Made by a program: the position numbers and the translations under genes. A DNA stretch of 54,786 nucleotides from a virus. Lineage: Duplodnaviria; Caudoviricetes. Position 1 is the stretch's first letter, and every line of letters starts with the position of its first letter. Positions 27,394 through 34,436 of the stretch are shown here, piece after piece. The stretch is taken from positions 1 to 54,786 of IMG/VR virus record IMGVR_UViG_3300043446_002312; one strand, 5' to 3'. Under the pieces are notes generated by a model. The model ran no database searches. It saw only the letters and a program-made list of their open reading frames with translations, and was not told the origin of the DNA.

Positions 27394-27410
27394 CCAATCC
27401 TCTGGTAGTT

Positions 27411-27590
27411 CTAATCCTTATCTCTATTTTTACCCTCAGGCGAATCAGGGAAATTCTGAAAGAGGTAATTTTCCAGCTTGGTCAAGATCCGAGAGTACTC
27501 ATCGTAGGTGTACTCGCTTGAAGTTTGGCTCATGTAGTGCCGGCAAGCTGAGATTAGCCGGTAGATATCTTTTTCTTGTAAAGAGTACAT
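27411..27590 (-). CDS. Small hypothetical protein (59 aa)
   Basis: Not in the track; MYSLQEKDIYRLISACRHYMSQTSSEYTYDEYSRILTKLENY...; start coupled to the upstream stop. Confidence 0.65.
   Translation of the reverse strand: MYSLQEKDIYRLISACRHYMSQTSSEYTYDEYSRILTKLENYLFQNFPDSPEGKNRDKD
27428..27435 (-). promoter_or_regulatory. Putative late promoter GGGTAAAA
   Basis: 34 nt above the portal ATG. Confidence 0.7.
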
Positions 27591-27967
27591 CAGTTTGCTA
27601 AAGTAAACTGCATCGGCGGTTGAGGAACCCCATTTACGGAATACTGAATAAAAACATGGTATACCCCGTCATCGCCTTGTGTTTGCCAATCACCGGTTAC
27701 GCTTAAGTCGGACAACCCCGAAACATTGGCATAGATTGAAGCTTGAAGCTCAGAGTTGATCTGACCGGGATTTAAAACGTCTAAGATTTGATCGGCTATA
27801 CCGTAGTTTGCTCTCATAACTCGCTCGTAGTAACGAGTTTCCACTACGCTTCGAATTTGCTGCGTAATCAAGGCGTAGTCTACGCTTGTCCCCAAGTTAC
27901 CATTAACTATGGTCAAAGGGTATGTTAGCCCGCGAATACTTGACGATAAAGGCTCTGTTACGCTCAT
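27590..27967 (-). CDS. Baseplate gp25/gpW-like sheath initiator
   Basis: GLTYPL...ITQQIRSVVETRYYERVMRANYG. Confidence 0.8.
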   Translation of the reverse strand: MSVTEPLSSSIRGLTYPLTIVNGNLGTSVDYALITQQIRSVVETRYYERVMRANYGIADQILDVLNPGQINSELQASIYANVSGLSDLSVTGDWQTQGDDGVYHVFIQYSVNGVPQPPMQFTLAN

Positions 27968-28254
27968 CGGTATCTACGAGAAATTTCAAATTCTAGAGTG
28001 TTCAACCTTCTGCGAATCTCTTCGGCTGGAAGGGAACTTTCAATAACTTTGTTCACCTCTTGTCGCATTCCGCTGTGACTCAGGGAGCGATAGTAGGAAG
28101 GATCCACCAGATCCTCTTCTTGTTTTACGCTGGAAAGAAGGGAGAGGCAAAGGGTCTCAATTGAAACCCCTTGCGCTCTAGCCCTTAGTTCAAGCTGTAG
28201 TAGAAGAGAGTCAGGAATCAGTAACGTTAATTCCTTGTTCATTATGACTCTCAT
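27964..28254 (-). CDS. Ribbon-helix-helix-like DNA-binding protein
   Basis: LTLLIPDSLLLQLELRARAQGVSIETL (RHH/HicB-C-like). Confidence 0.6.
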   Translation of the reverse strand: MRVIMNKELTLLIPDSLLLQLELRARAQGVSIETLCLSLLSSVKQEEDLVDPSYYRSLSHSGMRQEVNKVIESSLPAEEIRRRLNTLEFEISRRYR

Positions 28255-28259
28255 TTGGC

Positions 28260-31200
28260 TCAGAAGCCGGTGTTGTTAGTTCCTAGTCCTTGAGCATTCA
28301 GCTCATTCTGCATCTGACCAACGGCAACCCGGATCAGATCGATCTGGATTCTCTCCAGGGTCGGAACAGGAGTTACGAACACCTTGGCGTTGATAATTCC
28401 GTTCTCGAGTGAGGCAGGAGGGTTAATCCGAGCATCACAGATAACCTGGAAGGCGTCGCTTGGGCGAGCACCGAACAGAGCACCACGTGAGTACAGCTGG
28501 TTTAGAACGCTATTGCCAACCGAGATGATCTGGTTGAACGCCACGCCGAAGCCGTCGATGACGTTGAAGATCTGGTTATCGAAAGCATTTCTCAGTGAAC
28601 CGTAGACAACGTTCAGAATGACGCGAGTGTTTACGAACTGATACAGGCGCTGCTGAGCGTCTGCAGTGTTAACGCGAGTTCTTCCACCCCAGACAAACAC
28701 CGCGCTGGTTGGGTAACCAGGCAGAGTACGGATTGCGTTGCAACCGTCAGGGTTGAGCAGGTTCTGCTGAGCCGAGTTGATCGGAATCTGAGCTGAAACA
28801 GCGTCGGCAAGTTGATACTTGACGCCAGCAGGCGGGAATTGATAACCTTCAGCGCGGTAGCGACGCAGAGCGATTCCAGTCACGTAAGGTGAAGGTGGAA
28901 TCCACTGACCTGAAGCGTTCTCGATGTAAGGGCCGTAGTAAGCGATAAAGCCAAAAGGCTGGAAGTATCTTTGGCTATCGGTGTACAGACGGTTGACATT
29001 GTCAACGCCAGCCTCGATAAACTCGGCTTGAGGAACACCGTTGAACCCAACACCACGAATAGCATCGCTGATGATTTCGGTGGAGGTGATTGGGTCAAAA
29101 CGCCAGAGAACACTCGGAGGAGTTGTCTCAGGAGTAAAGTTCAGGCCAACTTGTGAGCCGTAACAAGGTTGACCGACAGCGATTAAGCCCGTATCATCTA
29201 GAGGATCTGGAGCAGCAGGGACAACCACCCAGTCGTAAGTTGTTCCGTTGTAAGTTACGGCAATACGGTCGTTAGCAACAACTTCTGTTACTCCATCAGG
29301 GGCAACAAGGGTTCCAGGACCAACGAAAGACGGAATTGTGAAGTAAACACCGACAAGGTTTGCAATCCTGTCTTGAATATCGGTCCCCGATGAACCAACA
29401 TTCAGACCGTCTACGGCATCAGCGTAATCAGTAATAGCAGAGATTGATCCCCCAGCAGCAGTTATATCAGGGTCGTAAGTTCCGCCATCGATAGCGTCAA
29501 TTGAAGGAACCAGGAATGCTTGTGAGGCATAATTCTGATCAACAGTTGGGGTGCAATACCAGTTCTCAAGAGTTGTTGAGGGAGAACCGGGAGCCTCCAG
29601 AGTTAACTTCGGCAGCCAGCCAGCGGTGGAATCCTCACCGAAAGGCGAAATCAAGCCGATACCCAGGGTTGTTAAGCTGTTGTTGAAGAAAATTGAGGCC
29701 CCAGGATTGCTAGAGGAAGGCGCGGGTGAAGTGTCAGCCGCAGAAGCTTCTTCTGCGATTAAACCACTATTCAGACCGTACTTTCTGCCACGGACAAACG
29801 GAATAACCGATAGCTCAGCGAGAGTGGCCGAAGTTGCTTCACCACCGAGAACTTTCGTGTAGAAAATTGTGGGGTTAGAAACCAGGGAAGCTGTTCCGCC
29901 TGGAATTGCAACGAAAGCACCACCCGTGTAAGCAGTTAGGCTTTCAGCTAAGCAGAAAGTATCTGCATCAATCACTTTAACGTAGTAAACTGTTTCAGAA
30001 GCTTTGGTTGTTGCCCGGAAGAGGCTCGCCCCAGTATCTGTCTTGACTGCTTGAGTGAAATACAGTTTTTGACCATTGGTTAAGCCGTGAGCAACACACG
30101 TGATTCGTGCGGTGCCTGCATTTCCGTTAGTACCCCCGGCGCCAGCAATAGAGCCAGTAGCTCCAAGGCCAATTCCGTTAGGATCAAAAATCGTACGAGA
30201 TACGAAATTCAGGCGGTAGTTAGCAGTGGCATCCTGAAGGCTTGCAGGAAGGTGCAGTGTGTTAACGTACTGAGCGGTTCCAGTAATGTTTTGAATGAGG
30301 TTTGAGGTTTGCCCGTTGATTGTCTGAGGCAGGCTGTAAAAAGGAACAACGTAAGTAAGATCAACGCTTCCTGTGGTGCTGGGGAACAGAACCGCATCCG
30401 CAGGATTAGTTACAAACTGGGAACCTCCTCCTGCAATAACCTCGTTCAGAACTGAAACAGCCCGAGGGGCGTCAAACGCAAAGAAAACGTAATTGTAAGG
30501 GTAATCACCGAACACTTCGGTGTTGTAAGGAGGTGCAACTACAAAGATGGTTCCGTCTTCCGCTAAACCTTCGCTGTTAAAGGCTGTTAAGATAGCACCT
30601 GTAGCATTGCTATAAGTAACTTCTTGAATTTGGTAGGAAACAGGCCAGTAATTGGCAGAATCTAACTCAAGACGTTTTAGGTCGGTTGGTTCAATCGTGT
30701 CATTAACGGTGTACCTGGCCGAGTCCAGAAGACCAACCTTCTCCCCAGCAGCTACAGGAGTAGCAGTCTTAGACTGAGATACAGCGGTTGCTGCAGTCGG
30801 CGAAGCAATCAGAGCTTGGTAAGTGAGCTTGTCGTAGGATACATCAGTTCCAGTCCACTCGTAAATGGCGTTGTCGACCAGATACTTACGGCCGGTAACT
30901 AAATCAGCAGCAGGCTCGTGAGGTGTGAACTCGCTATACTTGTTGACATCGGTCACAAGGAAAGGACCTGGATCAGCAAGAGCCATCCACTTGTAGTTGT
31001 TGCTGGCGCAATGGTCAGCGGCAGCAGCTCCGATAGCAGCACGGCCATCAGCGTCGAACTGAGCGTACGCAGTCGGTGTGATTAGGTAACCCTGATCTTG
31101 TTGACCATCGAAAGCAGTGTTGATGCACTGGATGTAGTCCTGGGGGACTCTCAGAAGATTCTGCTGTTGACCTACGATATTTTGAATGTCATAGACATTC

Positions 31201-31970
31201 TGCATCATGACGTACTCAGCACCAACCGGAAGAACCAGCGGAACAACGTTTACATTAGCGTCAAATGTTGCGGCGGCAATGCTTACGAAAGCATTCTCTG
31301 AGTTCGACAGGGGATCAAGGGTAGTAACAAGGCCGTAATCGCGAACGTAAACAGAGCTACGAACACTTGGGTTGCTTTCGATGGCTTCTGCGATCGCGGT
31401 TGCGATGGCCGAGGAAATTCTACGGTTGTTAACTTCGTCACCAGCAATATAATCCACTGGAATTGTAACCGGAACACCCAGCCACTCTCCATCGGCGGTG
31501 TAACCTGTGGAACCGTCACCGGCTACAAGGCGGTTTCCGTTGATAACAAGCTGCGCGTAAACAACGTCTCCAGCCTCGAAATTCGAGGGAAGACCAGCGT
31601 TACTCTGCTTGGTTCCGTTGGGAAGAATCTCGATCTCAACGATTTGATCAGGTGTGCCGACGCGAACGACGCGAAGATCGCCAACTTGAGCGTTCTGAAA
31701 GAACTCGTTGATGCAGTTGTAGCTCAGTAAGGGAATCCGATTCTCGGGAACGCTTCCGCCAACAAGGGCGAAATAATCGTTCAATGAAGTGATCGGAATA
31801 GGTGTGTTGTAAGGGAATACTGTAACCGGAACCGTTTCTTCGGTCTCCACCAGCATGTAAACAGTGCTAAAATTAGCAACGTCGGCGTTAGCAACAACAC
31901 CGGCACGTTCGTTGATGTATACACCAGGAGCGCCGGGGGTTGTTCCACCACCTAGGGAGAATGTGGCCAT
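28260..31970 (-). CDS. Tail sheath protein, unusually large (about 1236 aa)
   Basis: APGVYINE N-terminus; YYGPY, PPSPYVTG, FPPAG, LNPDGCNAIR, WGGRT, FVNTR, LENGIINAKVFVTPVPTLERI. Confidence 0.93.
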   Translation of the reverse strand: MATFSLGGGTTPGAPGVYINERAGVVANADVANFSTVYMLVETEETVPVTVFPYNTPIPITSLNDYFALVGGSVPENRIPLLSYNCINEFFQNAQVGDLRVVRVGTPDQIVEIEILPNGTKQSNAGLPSNFEAGDVVYAQLVINGNRLVAGDGSTGYTADGEWLGVPVTIPVDYIAGDEVNNRRISSAIATAIAEAIESNPSVRSSVYVRDYGLVTTLDPLSNSENAFVSIAAATFDANVNVVPLVLPVGAEYVMMQNVYDIQNIVGQQQNLLRVPQDYIQCINTAFDGQQDQGYLITPTAYAQFDADGRAAIGAAAADHCASNNYKWMALADPGPFLVTDVNKYSEFTPHEPAADLVTGRKYLVDNAIYEWTGTDVSYDKLTYQALIASPTAATAVSQSKTATPVAAGEKVGLLDSARYTVNDTIEPTDLKRLELDSANYWPVSYQIQEVTYSNATGAILTAFNSEGLAEDGTIFVVAPPYNTEVFGDYPYNYVFFAFDAPRAVSVLNEVIAGGGSQFVTNPADAVLFPSTTGSVDLTYVVPFYSLPQTINGQTSNLIQNITGTAQYVNTLHLPASLQDATANYRLNFVSRTIFDPNGIGLGATGSIAGAGGTNGNAGTARITCVAHGLTNGQKLYFTQAVKTDTGASLFRATTKASETVYYVKVIDADTFCLAESLTAYTGGAFVAIPGGTASLVSNPTIFYTKVLGGEATSATLAELSVIPFVRGRKYGLNSGLIAEEASAADTSPAPSSSNPGASIFFNNSLTTLGIGLISPFGEDSTAGWLPKLTLEAPGSPSTTLENWYCTPTVDQNYASQAFLVPSIDAIDGGTYDPDITAAGGSISAITDYADAVDGLNVGSSGTDIQDRIANLVGVYFTIPSFVGPGTLVAPDGVTEVVANDRIAVTYNGTTYDWVVVPAAPDPLDDTGLIAVGQPCYGSQVGLNFTPETTPPSVLWRFDPITSTEIISDAIRGVGFNGVPQAEFIEAGVDNVNRLYTDSQRYFQPFGFIAYYGPYIENASGQWIPPSPYVTGIALRRYRAEGYQFPPAGVKYQLADAVSAQIPINSAQQNLLNPDGCNAIRTLPGYPTSAVFVWGGRTRVNTADAQQRLYQFVNTRVILNVVYGSLRNAFDNQIFNVIDGFGVAFNQIISVGNSVLNQLYSRGALFGARPSDAFQVICDARINPPASLENGIINAKVFVTPVPTLERIQIDLIRVAVGQMQNELNAQGLGTNNTGF

Positions 31971-32072
31971 GTCAATAAGTAAGTGTTCCTTCTTTCCCTC
32001 CAGTAGTGCAGGCAAGGATGACTCCTACGTGGTCTCCGTAGAGCTACTGTTGGGACACGAATGTGTACTTAC

Positions 32073-32080
32073 TTTTACCC
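32073..32080 (-). promoter_or_regulatory. Putative late promoter GGGTAAAA
   Basis: Upstream of the sheath gene (about 100-nt leader). Confidence 0.7.
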
Positions 32081-32081
32081 G

Positions 32082-32444
32082 TTACTGGACTCCAGTAATT
32101 GCTGGCACGCTATCGAAATTGTAACCGTTAAGGGATTCTCTTAGGACCACACCTTGCAAGGTGTACCGATCTAAGGAAGCAATATACTGGCTCTCTGAGT
32201 CAAAAGGGAAGATTGCATCAGAATCTGTCCCCTCCGGGTTTGCGGAAATGAACGTAGCTTGTTGAAGGCTCCCCGAAGGGCTCTCAGGGTTGGGCAGAAG
32301 AAGTTGCGCACCGAGTGGGGGAAGTTCGGTAACTTCCCACTGTGGATTCAACTCAAGAACTGCGCGGTACTCAAGGGAATTGGTGTAGTACTGGTACCCA
32401 AGTTTCCTCCAGGTGAACTGAGGCTGAAAGGGGAGGGTAATCAT
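32082..32444 (-). CDS. LysM/gpX-like baseplate protein
   Basis: TWRKLGYQYY...YRAVLELNP...LPPLGAQLLLP. Confidence 0.7.
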   Translation of the reverse strand: MITLPFQPQFTWRKLGYQYYTNSLEYRAVLELNPQWEVTELPPLGAQLLLPNPESPSGSLQQATFISANPEGTDSDAIFPFDSESQYIASLDRYTLQGVVLRESLNGYNFDSVPAITGVQ

Positions 32445-32446
32445 CT

Positions 32447-32860
32447 TCAGACCATCTTACGTGAGCGAGCTAGGAGGCGAGCGCCAATCGATGTTCCTCG
32501 GTTAAGGTCGAAACCTTCTTGCTCCGCAACCTTCTTAGCAGCAGCCTCAAGAACAGCGGGGCTGGTAGGAACGAAAATATCGTCTTCCTGGGAACGGTTT
32601 AGAAGTTTCTTGCGAACATCGGTCTCAATATGTTCTTTCTGGACAGCGGGGGCAGCGGCAACAGGCTCCTCGCTTGGCATCTGAACTTCAATCTTTGCTG
32701 GCTCGGGTTGTGCTTCGACCTTTGCCTCTGTTTTAACTTCGACTTCGGGAGTCACTTTTGTTACTTCCTCGGTTTGCTCGTAAGCCTCATTAACAAGAGG
32801 AGTCGAAGGATCATCGGCGGTGAAAGTTCCGTCTTCGTTGTGAGCTCTTCTTCTAGCCAT
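32447..32860 (-). CDS. Hypothetical virion-associated protein (RAHNEDGTFTADDPSTPLVNEAY motif)
   Basis: ATG at 32860; motif recognised from small phage proteins. Confidence 0.65.
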   Translation of the reverse strand: MARRRAHNEDGTFTADDPSTPLVNEAYEQTEEVTKVTPEVEVKTEAKVEAQPEPAKIEVQMPSEEPVAAAPAVQKEHIETDVRKKLLNRSQEDDIFVPTSPAVLEAAAKKVAEQEGFDLNRGTSIGARLLARSRKMV

Positions 32861-32862
32861 GA

Positions 32863-33276
32863 TTAACGTTTTTGTGTGAGAATGTTTTTCCAAGCGATTG
32901 GGACAATCTGCTTGAGTGACTTGTCGGGAACGCCAACCCACGGCCTCGCAGCCATTCGTGAGGTTCCAAACTGGTGATATACACCGTAGGGAGCGGCTTT
33001 CACCTCGAAGCCTTCCCCTTTCGGTAAGATCTTGGCTTCGTCTTGCATATACCCGGTTGCCCGTAAGATAGGCTGCCCTGGGTATTTGCGTAGTTTCGCG
33101 ATTGCGTATTTAGGGGTCAAAGAAGCCCAAGGTCTTCCCGTTGTAGGGTCAGCTTCTTGGCGCCAGGGAACAGCGTGATCCTTCAAGAGAACAGGTGCCC
33201 ACTCTTTTTGTGTGGGCTTCCACCAATTCAAGTTGAACTGAAGGAAGCCGCTCTTCTTGACTTCAAAACTGATCAT
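32863..33276 (-). CDS. Virion morphogenesis/tail completion protein (Mu gpG / P2 gpS-like)
   Basis: RQEADPTTGRPWASLTP, ILRATG, YGVYHQFGTSRMAARPWVG. Confidence 0.85.
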   Translation of the reverse strand: MISFEVKKSGFLQFNLNWWKPTQKEWAPVLLKDHAVPWRQEADPTTGRPWASLTPKYAIAKLRKYPGQPILRATGYMQDEAKILPKGEGFEVKAAPYGVYHQFGTSRMAARPWVGVPDKSLKQIVPIAWKNILTQKR

Positions 33277-34021
33277 CTTCGCCTTGAGCTCTTCTTAATC
33301 TCTTGCTCTTGCTTTTCTGCAAAATCCTCAACAATGCTGATCATTGTAAGAACTTTGCTCATCGGTTGTTTCTCTAACCAGTCTACAGTGCTATCCCAAC
33401 GTTGTTTGCACAGGTGAAAAGAAACTTCAAGCCAATTTTCAACTGTTAGAACTTTTTCGTTGATGACCTCTTCTCCGATCCACTTGAAGATTTTTTCCGT
33501 TTGAGGGAGAGTAAAATACGCCAAGTCGTCTGTGTTCTGAATTAGGCGAGAAATTAAAGGGATCATTCCCGTCTCTTTGCTTCTTAAGATTTGCGCAAAA
33601 TAAAAGTCTTTCGGGCAAATCTCTCGAACATGAACAGAGACGTCCTCGCCAAAACTCAGAAGGTAGGTGAAATCTTCAAGATCTTCAACGATTAGTTTGG
33701 GTCAGCGTCCTCCTCATCAGTTCCGCTTGCTTTGGCAACAAGGTCGCTAAGCTTCTTGAAATCTTTTACGCCGAGGTCAAGAATCTCATCGTAGGTGATC
33801 TTGTCAGAGCCCACAATCAGGCGCTCAATGATCTTCATACCACGCTCAACGTCACCGGCTTTGCCGAGTTCTTTCTCCATATACAGGAGGTCGCGGCCAG
33901 TCATTTCGCGGATTTGAATCTCACGACCGTCGGAAATCGTGGTGGAGAATGTTTCGAGTTTCTTTTGTTTTGGTTCCGCTGCCGGAGTTGGTTGTCCAGC
34001 ATCTGTTGAAATGGTTCGCAT
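33273..34021 (-). CDS. Tail assembly chaperone, extended GT-type form via -1 ribosomal frameshift (about 249 aa)
   Basis: C-CCA-AAC slippery heptamer (33695-33701) just before the TAA; the -1 frame is open to 33273. Confidence 0.75.
33692..34021 (-). CDS. Tail assembly chaperone (Mu gp41-like)
   Basis: IQIREMTGRDL...DEILDLGVKDFKKL; GGGTAAAA 26 nt upstream. Confidence 0.8.
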   Translation of the reverse strand: MRTISTDAGQPTPAAEPKQKKLETFSTTISDGREIQIREMTGRDLLYMEKELGKAGDVERGMKIIERLIVGSDKITYDEILDLGVKDFKKLSDLVAKASGTDEEDADPN

Positions 34022-34029
34022 AGTAATTG

Positions 34030-34248
34030 CTAAGTAAATCTGTCAAGTTTTACCCTCGCCTGGAATAAAGCACTCTCGAGCTCTTCGTCCCCCTCTCCCG
34101 GAGGCAAGGAAAGGTAAATTCCCTGAGCTGTTTTCCAACTTTGGTTGGCCCCTTCAATATCCTTCTCAATCCGTTCGGCTACGTCACCTATCCAGGCCCA
34201 CACCACTTCTCGTCGAAACTGAGGATCAATTGGAAGGGGAAACGGCAT
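34030..34248 (-). CDS. Hypothetical protein
   Basis: 72-aa ORF coupled to its neighbour. Confidence 0.6.
   Translation of the reverse strand: MPFPLPIDPQFRREVVWAWIGDVAERIEKDIEGANQSWKTAQGIYLSLPPGEGDEELESALFQARVKLDRFT
34048..34055 (-). promoter_or_regulatory. Putative late promoter GGGTAAAA
   Basis: 26 nt above the tail chaperone ATG. Confidence 0.7.
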
Positions 34249-34436
34249 CAGAGGGCTCGAGACATCGTGAAAGCTTGCTGAGGCGAGAAATACTCTGAGT
34301 TGTAAGCGCAGTGGACTGAGGAAGGGATTTCCCGTCCTTTCTTATCATAGGGAGTGACTAAATAGTAAACTCCGGCAATTCCAACCATGGTTTCCAGCGA
34401 AGCGGAGGCGACACGTGACTTGCGTGACTTTTTCAT
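34248..34436 (-). CDS. Hypothetical protein
   Basis: 62-aa ORF with ATGA overlap on the polymerase stop. Confidence 0.55.
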   Translation of the reverse strand: MKKSRKSRVASASLETMVGIAGVYYLVTPYDKKGREIPSSVHCAYNSEYFSPQQAFTMSRAL

